A stretch of 62,871 nucleotides of DNA, filler included, from Octopus bimaculoides (GCF_001194135.2; 6 parts of 6 records of this genome joined end to end with filler, not necessarily neighbours in it); one strand, 5' to 3'. Positions 1-12,449 are shown, counted from the first letter of the whole stretch. Numbers and translations: made by a program. Notes: generated from the sequence alone by a model not told the origin.

Positions 1-128
1 TAAGATACACATGTAAATATTGCCAGTTTTATTACTAAATTGTATGAAATGCTGCCATGTAATATGGCCTGCTGTTAGAATATATACCAAATTCTTTGTA
101 CTTACTTCTCTCTTTTCTTTTTTTCCAG

Positions 129-1154
129 CGCATATTGGACCATGATAACATCGATTCAAATACTAAATCTCTGAAGAATCTCCTCTGTGCTGCATTCGGA
201 CTAATTTCTGTAGCATTAGTTGTGGCCACATCATTTGCGACTGGTTTTAGTCAAATCTTAACTATTTCAGAATCTCTCATTCTGTCCGCATCCTTATTGG
301 CTTTATCTTTCACGTGGTGCCCTGGAATAGCAACGTTTATAATACGATCTGGAGATGGCCTGGTTGATGGTCGTAAAAATGCCAGTATAATTTATACTAT
401 TTTGAAATTGGTAGTACTTTTTGTTTTAGCCGTTGTTATAACTTACTTAAACCGGCAAGACAGCTTCGAAGAATCATTTTACAGCTTAATGCAAGGTTTC
501 GATAATATAAACTCAACAAAAACCTTCAGAGATGGACTCTTGATTCACCTCTTTGCCGGTTTATTATCGCATGCATCCACTTACGTATCAGCACGAATAT
601 GCCTTACACGTAGTGGTATTTACCTACCAACAATATTTGTTACTCCGCTCACAGTCTTGATCATAATTTTCGACAATTTCTATGGTTTTTTTCATGTCGT
701 AAAGTTGTCTGCCCTGTCAGGATTTACTCTCGCTTCGTGGTTTTGTTTAGGAATTGCAGTTTTACTTTGGTTGTTACCATTTGTAATGCTGGGCATGAAC
801 CATACNNNNNNNNNNNNNNNNNNNNNNNNNNNNNNNNNNNNNNNNNNNNNNNNNNNNNNNNNNNNNNNNNNNNNNNNNNNNNNNNNNNNNNNNNNNNNNN
901 NNNNNNNNNNNNNNNCCTGTACCAAATTCCATACTGAAATCTTCGGAATCGAACTTCTTAAGTTTTACTTACAACAATATCTTCTTCGAACATCATTTGC
1001 ATTTGAATTACAAACCGGAAGGAATTCATACCAGACATGATAAGACGAGTGAAATGTTGACCGGGGTACCCAAAGTGAGCAAAATTTTCATATGTACAAC
1101 CATGTATAGAGAAGCAGAATTCGAAATGGAGCGTCTCCTGAAAAGTTTAGAAGG
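129..1154 (+). CDS. CHS: Chitin synthase, internal exon A (N-terminal multi-TM region and start of the GT2 catalytic domain)
   Basis: Acceptor ttttccAG at 127-128 and donor GTaaat at 1155 (phase 2). Hydrophobic helices precede the gap at 806-915. After the gap the frame starting at 916 reads PVPNSILKS...YNNIFFEHHLHLN...IFICTTMYREAEFEMERLLKSLE, matching the CHS YN..F.EQ and I..C.TMWHE...EM..LLKS motifs. The ORF track follows the wrong frame after the gap. Confidence 0.9.
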
Positions 1155-1195
1155 GTAAATAACAATGTTTAATACATACATACATATATGCATAC

Positions 1196-1226
<31 letters not shown>

Positions 1227-1817
1227 CACGCATACAAATTCTGTACTGCCTACCAGCGAAACTACATCACTGACTAAAGTAACTGACCACTGTCCCCCTA
1301 CTACAGCTATGGTAAATAGCAGGCACAACCGCAACGATTATTGTAGTATTGTATTATTATTATTATTATTATTATTAGTAGTAGTAGTAGTAGTAGTAGT
1401 AGCAGCAGCAGCAGTAGTCAGAGTTACATATTGGTGAAATGTGCCCTTTCTGAAATTTTCCATTGTAAATATGACATAAAGGTGAACGAGAAGTAAAGTT
1501 GGCAATGATTTCGTTGCTGTAATTATGATTCTTTGTTCTATTTCGGGAGGGTCATTATGTCAATAATGAGCACTGGTTCTATTTGACTTCTTTATTTATT
1601 TGTCAATTGGTTGATTACTTAATCAATTAACTAAATGATTGTTTGATTAATTGTTAAGTTAACCAGTCAATCACTTAGGTTTTTCAAAGTACTTTTGTCG
1701 CTATTTGCGACTTCATGAATGACATATCCTCTCTGCTTGAAGTCCATTTCAGATTTGCCTGTCTGTATTTGTCAGTTGCATCTTTTGCTTTCATTAAATC
1801 TCTTCTGTGAATTCCAG

Positions 1818-2082
1818 ATTATCCTTGTCGAAAAAATTGTCTCATGTCTATATAGAGTCCCACGTAATTCTTGATGATGGTTGTAAGGGAAACGAACTTG
1901 GAGAGTTTGCTCTGCAGTTTCTGTCGTTACTTGAAAACAAACTAAATATTCCTCGTACAGAAGTGTATGCAAATCGAATGCCTTACGGATTGCAGCTGCA
2001 ATGGATCTTAAATGATGGCATTCCATTGTTTCTGCACCTGAAAGACACTCAAATAGTGAAACCGAAAAAGCGATGGAGTCAG
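1818..2082 (+). CDS. CHS: Chitin synthase exon B
   Basis: ttccAG/GTaagt boundaries, phase 2 to 0. ESHVILDDG and LKD...KKRWSQ are CHS motifs. Confidence 0.93.
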
Positions 2083-2736
2083 GTAAGTCTAACACATAGA
2101 TATGTGTGTATATATGTGCATGTATGCGTGTATATATATATATATATATATATATNNNNNNNNNNNNNNNNNNNNNNNNNNNNNNNNNNNNNNNNNNNNN
2201 NNNNNNNNNNNNNNNNNNNNNNNNNNNNNNNNNNNNNNNNNNNNNNNNNNNNNNNNNNNNNNNNNNNNNNNNNNNNNNNNNNNNNNNNNNNNNNNNNNNN
2301 NNNNNNNNNNNNNNNNNNNNNNNNNNNNNNNNNNNNNNNNNNNNNNNNNNNNNNNNNNNNNNNNNNNNNNNNNNNNNNNNNNNNNNNNNNNNNNNNNNNN
2401 NNNNNNNNNNNNNNNNNNNNNNNNNNNNNNNNNNNNNNNNNNNNNNNNNNNNNNNNNNNNNNNNNNNNNNNNNNNNNNNNNNNNNNNNNNNNNNNNNNNN
2501 NNNNNNNNNNNNNNNNNNNNNNNNNNNNNNNNNNNNNNNNNNNNNNNNNNNNNNNNNNNNNNNNNNNNNNNNNNNNNNNNNNNNNNNNNNNNNNNNNNNN
2601 NNNNNNNNNNNNNNNNNNNNNNNNNNNNNNNNNNNNNNNNNNNNNNNNNNNNNNNNNNNNNNNNNNNNNNNNNNNNNNNNNNNNNNNNNNNNNNNNNNNN
2701 NNNNNNNNNNNNNNNNNNNNNNNNNNNNNNNNNNNN

Positions 2737-2783
<47 letters not shown>

Positions 2784-2867
2784 ATGTATATATATATATA
2801 CATATATATATATTTGCATATATATATATATGTATATGTTATGTGTCTATGTTTGTTCCCCCCCATA

Positions 2868-3040
2868 ATCGCTTGACAACCGATGTCGGTGTGTTTACGT
2901 CCCCGTAAGCTAGCGGTTCGGCAAAGTAGCCGATAGAATAAATACTAGGCTTACAAAGAATAAGTCCTGAGGTCGATTTGTTCGTCTAAAGGCGGTGTTC
3001 CAGCATGGCCGCAGTCAAATGTCTGAAACAAATATAACAA
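2868..3040 (+). mobile_element. SINE 3' portion (family B, ...cagcatggccgcagtc...ctgaaaca tail)
   Basis: Homologous reverse-complement copies at about 29170-29290, 44030-44200 and 46420-46610. Confidence 0.65.
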
Positions 3041-3194
3041 TAAAAGAAAGAATGTGTATGCATGTATTTGTATGTATACGTGCGTGTATCTGTATATATG
3101 CATGTACATATGTATCTATATGTGTATGTGTGTATATTCAGAATGGCTAACTTATTCAGTCTCCTCCATATCCTTTGTAAAGCTTATGATAATA

Positions 3195-3410
3195 AACCTT
3201 TCTGTGATAGACGCACAGCCTGAGATTTTGTAGGAGAGGGTAGTCGAACACATCGACTCCAGTGTTTAACTGGTTGCTTTTTTATTGACCCCTAAAGGAT
3301 GAAATGCAAAGACAACCTCGGCGGAATTTGAACTCAGAACGTAAAGGCAGACGAAAATCCGCTAAGCATTTTGCTCAGCGTGCTAACGATTCTGCCAGCG
3401 CGCCGCCTTA
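3195..3410 (-). mobile_element. SINE family A copy (core ggcagaatcgttagcacg...gttctgagttcaaattccgccgaggtc)
   Basis: Core recurs about ten times in the window in both orientations. Confidence 0.8.
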
Positions 3411-4293
3411 AGCTGTATGGTAAGAATAACAGTGAGTCTCAATACNNNNNNNNNNNNNNNNNNNNNNNNNNNNNNNNNNNNNNNNNNNNNNNNNNNNNNN
3501 NNNNNNNNNNNNNNNNNNNNNNNNNNNNNNNNNNNNNNNNNNNNNNNNNNNNNNNNNNNNNNNNNNNNNNNNNNNNNNNNNNNNNNNNNNNNNNNNNNNN
3601 NNNNNNNNNNNNNNNNNNNNNNNNNNNNNNNNNNNNNNNNNNNNNNNNNNNNNNNNNNNNNNNNNNNNNNNNNNNNNNNNNNNNNNNNNNNNNNNNNNNN
3701 NNNNNNNNNNNNNNNNNNNNNNNNNNNNNNNNNNNNNNNNNNNNNNNNNNNNNNNNNNNNNNNNNNNNNNNNNNNNNNNNNNNNNNNNNNNNNNNNNNNN
3801 NNNNNNNNNNNNNNNNNNNNNNNNNNNNNNNNNNNNNNNNNNNNNNNNNNNNNNNNNNNNNNNNNNNNNNNNNNNNNNNNNNNNNNNNNNNNNNNNNNNN
3901 NNNNNNNNNNNNNNNNNNNNNNNNNNNNNNNNNNNNNNNNNNNNNNNNNNNNNNNNNNNNNNNNNNNNNNNNNNNNNNNNNNNNNNNNNNNNNNNNNNNN
4001 NNNNNNNNNNNNNNNNNNNNNNNNNNNNNNNNNNNNNNNNNNNNNNNNNNNNNNNNNNNNNNNNNNNNNNNNNNNNNNNNNNNNNNNNNNNNNNNNNNNN
4101 NNNNNNNNNNNNNNNNNNNNNNNNNNNNNNNNNNNNNNNNNNNNNNNNNNNNNNNNNNNNNNNNNNNNNNNNNNNNNNNNNNNNNNNCTCTGCCATATTC
4201 TGACACACACACACACACACAGACATGTGTGTGTGGGAATATGTGTATGTATATGTATATGTATAACGTGTAATTTCTTCTCGATCTTTAAAG

Positions 4294-5032
4294 GTGTTAT
4301 ATTTGAACTACGTAATGAGTTGCCGGGTGAAAAAAGCTTACAATTGGATAGAAAAAAGACTGAAACGCTGCGAAATGGAATCGACGCCATTCAACGCCCG
4401 GTATTCTGTCGATGAAAGGAAATTCTATGGTGTAGATTCATCGAACATCCAAACGAAAAGTCCTACAATAAGATGTCACCTCACAAGTTCGATGCTGAGT
4501 CAATATAGCGATTGTTCGGTATTTTTCAGCAAAGATGAGACAAATCTGAGTAAAAGCCTATATTCAAACTCTAGCGTATATCTCCAGCTAAATGGCTTGG
4601 GTGTCCCCAAGATGAACGGTAGATTATCAGCGAGCCACCATTCGGCGATGAACCCTACATACATGCATGAGCTTGAAGATTCTGGCACTTCATGGACCCT
4701 GCAAACAATACATAATATGGGTCCCAATGACGTCAGTGTTCATTTTAACCCGGAAGTAGAAAGGATACCTATTAATACCATCAGTGGAAATTTAATAAAG
4801 GATACCGAAGTGAACATGAAGTCGACGTTCCTTCCGAATCCCGAAGAATTCGACAACCGGACCTATATCCTAGCAACGGATTCCGACATGAAGTTCAATG
4901 ATGAGGCTGTGTTTGATTTACTGAACACTTGTAATGGCGATCTTCGCCTCGGTGGTGCTTGTGGCCGGACACATCCCATCGGCGAGAGGAATCACCCACT
5001 TGTATGGTTCCAAATGTTTGAATATATCAAAG
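4294..5032 (+). CDS. CHS: Chitin synthase exon C (includes a long insert, the DxD motif TDSD and GACGRTHPIG...WFQMFEY)
   Basis: tttaaAG/GTtggt boundaries, phase 0 to 1. Open over 739 nt. VLYLNYVM follows RWSQ as VMYMYY does in other CHS. Confidence 0.92.
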
Positions 5033-5115
5033 GTTGGTTTTTCTTTTTCGCTAATGTTGTTTAATAAATAACACTTGATATTTTGTATAAATAATCGATA
5101 GAAATATTTACACGA

Positions 5116-5146
<31 letters not shown>

Positions 5147-5912
5147 TGTATGTATGTATGTATGTATCCAAATAGGGTGGTAGATAGGGAGATAAGTCTA
5201 TGTGTATGTGTTAGGTTAGCCTTCCTCTGAAATGCACCTTGTGTGATTGTTTAAATTAATTTTAGCCAAGCGCGATATATTTCCGACACCAGTAAATAAA
5301 ATTTACGTTTTTCTAGTTTTGCTAAATCCTGAATGACAATCATGTATGTAAGTACTTGAGTCAATGACTGCCAATATTAAAAATCAGATAGATGATATAT
5401 CAAAGTGTAACCAATCTCTCTTACCCTACTGAATCGTTAGTACATCTCTGAAGACGTCCTCTATGTAAAATGCAAGTGAATTACACCCGGCTTATCTATA
5501 TTCAGATTTTCTGTTTAGAATGTCGCAGATACAAGTATAAATAGGAATGAAATGTATATGTAGTCTGGAAAATCGGCCGAAAACGAGCCTATAGCCATTC
5601 TACACGGTTTATAGCTTGGACATGCATGTTTTTGCTCATTATATAACACACAGAGATACACACAAATATACACGCCCAACACACACTCACAAACACGTGT
5701 GTTCGTGTGTGTTAGGTAATGAAGAAAAAAGAAGAGAAAACGAGAGGGACAACTTTTAACAAAGATATAATTAGTTTAACGCTTAAAAAGAATGAAAATG
5801 TCTTTTACGTTTCGGATGCAAGTCGTTCATTAGGAAAAAGCGACAGAAAATGGGACGAATAGATGAGGAGGAGGAAAGGTGATGGGATAGAAAGAAACGA
5901 AAGAAAAAAGAG

Positions 5913-5983
<71 letters not shown>

Positions 5984-6563
5984 NNNNNNNNNNNNNNNNN
6001 NNNNNNNNNNNNNNNNNNNNNNNNNNNNNNNNNNNNNNNNNNNNNNNNNNNNNNNNNNNNNNNNNNNNNNNNNNNNNNNNNNNNNNNNNNNNNNNNNNNN
6101 NNNNNNNNNNNNNNNNNNNNNNNNNNNNNNNNNNNNNNNNNNNNNNNNNNNNNNNNNNNNNNNNNNNNNNNNNNNNNNNNNNNNNNNNNNNNNNNNNNNN
6201 NNNNNNNNNNNNNNNNNNNNNNNNNNNNNNNNNNNNNNNNNNNNNNNNNNNNNNNNNNNNNNNNNNNNNNNNNNNNNNNNNNNNNNNNNNNNNNNNNNNN
6301 NNNNNNNNNNNNNNNNNNNNNNNNNNNNNNNNNNNNNNNNNNNNNNNNNNNNNNNNNNNNNNNNNNNNNNNNNNNNNNNNNNNNNNNNNNNNNNNNNNNN
6401 NNNNNNNNNNNNNNNNNNNNNNNNNNNNNNNNNNNNNNNNNNNNNNNNNNNNNNNNNNNNNNNNNNNNNNNNNNNNNNNNNNNNNNNNNNNNNNNNNCAT
6501 ATACACAGTATATTTACTTTCTTTTGTAATTTTTATTTAAAAATTTTGCTTGTTTTTTTAAAG

Positions 6564-6719
6564 ATTTCTGGATGACAAAAAGTGCTCAGAATATTATTGG
6601 GTCGGTGATGTGTTGCCCAGGATGTTTCAGTCTGTATAGAATCACTGCGCTCTATCATTTATTGGATGAATATTCAGAACCAAGTACGGAATCGATGGAT
6701 GTATTTGTCAAAGACACAG
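6564..6719 (+). CDS. CHS: Chitin synthase exon D
   Basis: ttttaaAG/GTacgg boundaries, phase 1 to 1. Reads DFWMTKSAQNIIGSVMCCPGCFSLYR...VKDT; compare the GCVLCSPGCFSLFR motif. Confidence 0.93.
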
Positions 6720-6789
6720 GTACGGCGCCCAATTATTTCGTTATTTCATTCTGTGTATATTATTTGGTCCGCTCGTTTATCATCTGATA

Positions 6790-6930
6790 TATTTCCGCTC
6801 TCAGTGGGATTGCGTAAATTCCGGCTTGCATGTTTCTGAGTTCAAATAACGTCAAGGTCAACTTCGCCCCCGGGGTTGATAAAATTTAGTTCCAGGTTCG
6901 AAAATTTCCTAGTCTTGTGCCTAAGAAAAA
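6790..6930 (+). mobile_element. SINE family A, degenerate copy
   Basis: ttctgagttcaaat...aggtcaacttcg...ggggttgataaa...cttgtgccta landmarks. Confidence 0.5.
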
Positions 6931-7681
6931 CCTCCTCTTTCTCTCAGTCGCTTCTCCTCTCTCATTCTTTCTCTTTCACCTTCTCTCTCTCGCTACACAA
7001 ATCTCTTTTTCACGGGGCATTTCCATCTACATATCTTTATCCAACCATCCATCCATCCATCCATCCATTTAAACATCTATCTGTCTGTCTGTCTGTCTGT
7101 CTGTCTATCGGTCTCTCTCTCTCCCTCTCGCTCTGGGTCACTGACTGACTGACTGACTCACTCACTCACTCACTCACTCACTCCCTCTCTCTCTCCCTCT
7201 CTCTCTCTCTCCCTCTCTCTCTCCCTCTCTCTCTCCCTCTCTCTCTNNNNNNNNNNNNNNNNNNNNNNNNNNNNNNNNNNNNNNNNNNNNNNNNNNNNNN
7301 NNNNNNNNNNNNNNNNNNNNNNNNNNNNNNNNNNNNNNNNNNNNNNNNNNNNNNNNNNNNNNNNNNNNNNNNNNNNNNNNNNNNNNNNNNNNNNNNNNNN
7401 NNNNNNNNNNNNNNNNNNNNNNNNNNNNNNNNNNNNNNNNNNNNNNNNNNNNNNNNNNNNNNNNNNNNNNNNNNNNNNNNNNNNNNNNNNNNNNNNNNNN
7501 NNNNNNNNNNNNNNNNNNNNNNNNNNNNNNNNNNNNNNNNNNNNNNNNNNNNNNNNNNNNNNNNNNNNNNNNNNNCTCTCCCTCTCTCTCTTTCTCTCAC
7601 TCACTCTCTCTCTCTCTCTCTCCCTCTCTCTCTTTCTCTCACTCACTCTCTCTCTCTCTCTCACTCTCTCTCTTTCTCTCA

Positions 7682-7725
<44 letters not shown>

Positions 7726-8459
7726 CTCTCTCTCTGGGTCATTGACTGACTGACTGTATCACTCACTCACTCACTCACTCACTCACTCACTCACTCTCTT
7801 TCTCTCTCTCTGGGTCACTGACTGACTGACTGTATCACTCACTCACTCACTCTCTCTCTCTCTCANNNNNNNNNNNNNNNNNNNNNNNNNNNNNNNNNNN
7901 NNNNNNNNNNNNNNNNNNNNNNNNNNNNNNNNNNNNNNNNNNNNNNNNNNNNNNNNNNNNNNNNNNNNNNNNNNNNNNNNNNNNNNNNNNNNNNNNNNNN
8001 NTTGACTGACTGACTGTATCACTCACTCACTCACTCACTCACTCACTCACTCACTCTCTTTCTCTCTCTCTGGGTCACTGACTGACTGACTGTATCACTC
8101 ACTCACTCACTCTCTCTCTCTCTCACTCTCTCTCTGAACATTCCATCAAACTGCCCCATCTCAGTGAACCTCTTGCATTCAGATCAGTTTCTCCTAAACG
8201 TCCTCGCTTATTTTCACACTTTCAGTCAGCCCTTGTTTCATCTGTTCTGAGTTTCTCCTCATAACTCTCAAGTTACTCTTCTGCTGGTTAAATAAATGGG
8301 AATGTGTATTATATATGATGAATGGACGCCAGGGAGATGTGTCCTGCATCGCACGCCATACACAGGACAAACAAAGGCTAAGAGTTTTCTCGAAATCTGC
8401 TTCTTTTTTGTTTATCCCTTTTTCATATTTTTGTACTTTATGTCTCTTTACTTTTTAAG

Positions 8460-8479
8460 GCGAGGATCGATGGTTGTGT
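8460..8479 (+). CDS. CHS: Chitin synthase exon E, 5' part only (catalytic GEDRW); remainder in the N gap 8480-8911
   Basis: Long polypyrimidine tract and AG at 8458-8459, then G+GC GAG GAT CGA TGG TTG TGT = GEDRWLC, in phase with exon D. Confidence 0.88.
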
Positions 8480-8911
8480 NNNNNNNNNNNNNNNNNNNNN
8501 NNNNNNNNNNNNNNNNNNNNNNNNNNNNNNNNNNNNNNNNNNNNNNNNNNNNNNNNNNNNNNNNNNNNNNNNNNNNNNNNNNNNNNNNNNNNNNNNNNNN
8601 NNNNNNNNNNNNNNNNNNNNNNNNNNNNNNNNNNNNNNNNNNNNNNNNNNNNNNNNNNNNNNNNNNNNNNNNNNNNNNNNNNNNNNNNNNNNNNNNNNNN
8701 NNNNNNNNNNNNNNNNNNNNNNNNNNNNNNNNNNNNNNNNNNNNNNNNNNNNNNNNNNNNNNNNNNNNNNNNNNNNNNNNNNNNNNNNNNNNNNNNNNNN
8801 NNNNNNNNNNNNNNNNNNNNNNNNNNNNNNNNNNNNNNNNNNNNNNNNNNNNNNNNNNNNNNNNNNNNNNNNNNNNNNNNNNNNNNNNNNNNNNNNNNNN
8901 NNNNNNNNNNN

Positions 8912-8977
<66 letters not shown>

Positions 8978-9481
8978 GTAAATAATTAATATATACACCT
9001 CGGACTTCCACACAGTTTCCGCCTACCAAATCCACTACCAGGATATTATTGGTCGGCTTGGAATTTTAAAAGACACTTGACCAATGTGTCACACAAGAAG
9101 ATCGAAACCGTGTGGATACAAAGTCAGCTTCTTGACCAAAGGCCATACATGCAGACAGGCAGGCGCTCGGATTGGCGGGCTGGTGCACAGGTGGGCCGAT
9201 GGATGGATAGAGGGATGTCGCTGATATATCAACACTAATATCAACAACAGCATGTGGTGTTGATATGTGACCAACAGCCACCCAATCTGCAGTAACCATC
9301 CTGAACTTCCTCCATTCGGTCGCCCGTGCCAAACAAGGTAGCTTCGTTTGACGAGCCTGCTAAGCCTTAAGTTACTTGAAACGGAACCAAACTGTTAAAT
9401 AATACACATTTTGTCCCAGAATTAACTCTTTATTGCAATATATAAATTAATTCTGAAATACATAGTGAATTCTAGGTCACC

Positions 9482-9529
<48 letters not shown>

Positions 9530-9574
9530 GTATGTGCGTGTGTGGGGTGTATGTGTGTATGAGTATATATATAT

Positions 9575-9794
9575 TGATGTATGGACGCCCCCAAGCGATA
9601 AGTAGGGTAGTCCAATACGTATACATAGCTAGACGAAAAGCGTCGCATGGAGCGAGCCGGAGCCGTCGGTAGACTAGACGTCGAGTTCTGTCGTCGGAAG
9701 TGAGAGTTAAGCAGGTCATACGCACGTGCGATATAACAGTGGCGACGAGGATTTCATAGCTCACACAGCCACAGTGTAGTATTGCGATATAACA
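9575..9794 (+). mobile_element. LTR stub (about 160 bp, TG...CA) followed by a primer-binding site TGGCGACGAGGAT (9740-9752)
   Basis: The 13-mer is complementary to the 3' end of tRNA-Ser(GCU) including CCA. It lies 1 nt after ...ATATAACA. The block is CpG-rich inside (TA)/(TG) microsatellites. Confidence 0.6.
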
Positions 9795-9869
9795 TATATA
9801 TATATATATACACACGCACACACACATATATCCTGTATATGCATATTTCGATCTTTATGTTAAGAACAG

Positions 9870-10375
9870 GCATAGACTGAACGTGGGTTACTTGCTTCAA
9901 TCGAATTTTCTTTTGATTTGATACATAACATGAAAACCGGACTTACACATTTTGCAACATCTATATTCCTCCCTGTGCCTGTTAAATCTTATGTCCCTGC
10001 CGTAAAGCTTTACTTCCACACACACCAGCTTAATTTAATTTGCCCTAGTCGAAAGACACCTGTTGTTATGTCCTGTTATTTGTATTTGTGTAACATTTCT
10101 CTATATTTTTTTCCGTCCTTGTTTTCGTATACATTCGCCGCTTTCTTCCAGGGAATGTAATGCTCTTAGCTTATTTTTTCCTTGGAGCTGGCCAGATTGG
10201 AGCAATCTCGAGTATAATCAGCCGAAATTGCAAAGATAATCTGGAACTCGACTGAGGAAAGAAAACTCCGAATGATCCGTCCTTGTTTTCCTTATATCGT
10301 CTGTCTGGATATTTTGTCCCTTTTTTGTTTCACCTAACTGTCTGTCTGGATGTTTTGCGTTCTTGTCCCATTTCT
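9870..10375 (+). mobile_element. Probable 3' end/pseudo-LTR remnant of a Penelope-like element
   Basis: Degenerate KLYFHTHQLNL resembles a GIY-YIG C-terminus, followed by a non-coding tail containing CTGAGGA...CGAA. Weak. Confidence 0.3.
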
Positions 10376-10377
10376 GC

Positions 10378-10446
<69 letters not shown>

Positions 10447-10707
10447 CCTGCCAGCTATGAGATAGACAGATCTGATGCAGACTTCGAATGAAGTGAACAT
10501 GCCTTTGCTAAGGTCGCGAATGGTGATGAAAAGCTTGTGAAAATCTTATCTGACTGATTGATTGATTAACCAAATCAATCGATTAGTTAATTGGTTAAAT
10601 GGTTAACCATTTGTCAATAAGAAAATAAAGAAATATATTTATTCTTGGCATAATGCCCCTCCTCAGATACAGGATATTTTAATTTTGTTTTTCTTTGTTC
10701 TTTGCAG

Positions 10708-10938
10708 GTTCCACCATAATAATAATTATTGCTGGATTAGACATGGTGTTCGGACTGTCTTTTATGGTGCCTTCAATCTTAGTTTGTGTTGTAGTTTTAG
10801 CGTACATGTCCGTCTGTATATTTACTGATTCAAAATTCCAAACCAATGTCACCATTTTCTTAATATTCATATTTGGCACTGCTATTTCATGTGTCTTCGT
10901 AGGTGGTGCTGTCTATATTATCAAAGACTTTCTCAGAG
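10708..10938 (+). CDS. CHS: Chitin synthase exon F (TM helices after the catalytic domain)
   Basis: ctttgcAG/GTaagt boundaries, phase 1 to 1. GSTIIIIIAGL corresponds to the PGTIFLM region. Confidence 0.85.
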
Positions 10939-11012
10939 GTAAGTTATAACTTATGTGCGTCCCTTTCTCGGTCCGTCAGTCCTTCGCTCTCTCTCTCTCT
11001 CTCTTTCTCTCA

Positions 11013-11044
<32 letters not shown>

Positions 11045-11694
11045 TTCTCTCACCCTCTCTCTCTCCCTCTCTCTCTCCCTCTCTCGCCCTCTCTCTCTCT
11101 CTCTCTACTCCTCTCTTGTACACGTGAGTGTAGACTTAGGGGTAAGGTAGCCGTAGAGTCTGTTCGCTGCTTTGGTGATTCCCTATTGCTTACTTTGCTG
11201 CTACACGTTGAGTAAGCATGAACCACACAACTCCAAATTCATCCCGATTCTAGATTAACTGTCTTAATTCAAAGCAAAACAAAGAGATTATTTTTTTATC
11301 AGTACACAAACGCTATAATGGATTAGTGTTGCGGCTGGGTGTCGCATTTTACTTAATTATTTGCCTCAATTAATCAGCAACTTTTGTTTTTTTGCTATAA
11401 CTCGTGAGATAAGTATGAACTGGATAAATTTCTGCTCCATACACAAGACCAGTTATTTCCAGCAAGTTGGAATCAATGTAGAATAGCCAGGTGGTATTAT
11501 ATGACGGATTATATAAGCATTCGCCACCTCCGCCTGACCATGCAGAAATACCTTTCTCTGGCATCAATTCTGAATGAGATTGGTCACTCTGCTCGTCACC
11601 TCGTTTCAGTTCTTCTCCGCCTTGAGATCCAGACCAAACCAGATCGCATGCAAGTTAAGCGGCCCCTCCGTCCAGCGTCCTACGACGTTATTGT

Positions 11695-12200
11695 TGAAAA
11701 TGAAACTGGGATATCATTAAAAGCGAAATTCTCAGAGAATCAACCACCACCTTTTCATGGATGATTTGAAGCTTTAGAGTAAGGATGAGGCATAAGCGAG
11801 TTCACTGGTGAACACGGTGCACGGTTTTAGTGTTGATATTAAGATAGAATTCGAATTAAAGAAGTGTCGTATAATGAACCTGAAACGAAGCAAGGTACAG
11901 TTCCAGGTAGGGATAGAATTACCAAATAGAGGACTGATTAATCAAGTTGAAAAGGAAGGTTATAAATATCTTGGCATTCTAGAGTTCGACGAAATCATGG
12001 AGAAGGAAATGAAAGAACAACTGAGAAAAGAATACTTCCGAAGACTAAGATTTGTTTTGCGCTCAAAATTGACTGGATGGAATAGAATTCGAGCCGTAAA
12101 TGCATGGGTGATAGCATTACTTTGGTATGGAGCTGAGATCATAAACTGGCAAAAGAAAGAACTGATGAGCAAGGATACGAAAACAAGGAAAATATTAACA
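11695..12200 (+). mobile_element. R4/Dong-like non-LTR retrotransposon RT fragment (pseudogenised)
   Basis: INHHLFMDDLKL*...GYKYLGILE...KEYFRRLR...NRIRAVNAW...KTRKILTMH, with in-frame stops. Confidence 0.85.
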
Positions 12201-12430
12201 ATGCACTGGATTGATAGTGTCTTGCATAGGATGTGGGCTGTTCCTGGCAGGACTATTTTTTGGATAGTGTGTAGTTTTGAGGATCCAGGTATAGCTTCTA
12301 CGTTTTTGTTCATATGTTTTTTTATCATGTCCAGTGCTCCAATTATTATTGGTATTGTTTATACCTTCATGCCTCACATCTTGAATACTTCGATTTCAAT
12401 GTCTTTGTACTAGGATAATTTCTCCACTTC
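12200..12430 (-). mobile_element. 3' end of a second R4/Dong-like element, opposite orientation
   Basis: TIPIIIGAL..IKK...IQKIVLPGTAHILCKTLSIQ matches the C-terminus seen at 25490-25640 (IQKIALLGTAHILRKTLSIQ). Confidence 0.75.
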
Positions 12431-12449
12431 TTGTTTTGACAAAGAGGAG

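Noticed and set aside
7730-8130. Duplicated CT/CACT block on both sides of a gap
   Set aside because: Identical flanks around N runs indicate an unmerged contig overlap.
10245-10300. CTGAGGA...CGAA as a hammerhead
   Set aside because: GAAT replaces GAAA, stem II is mismatched and there is no stem I partner.
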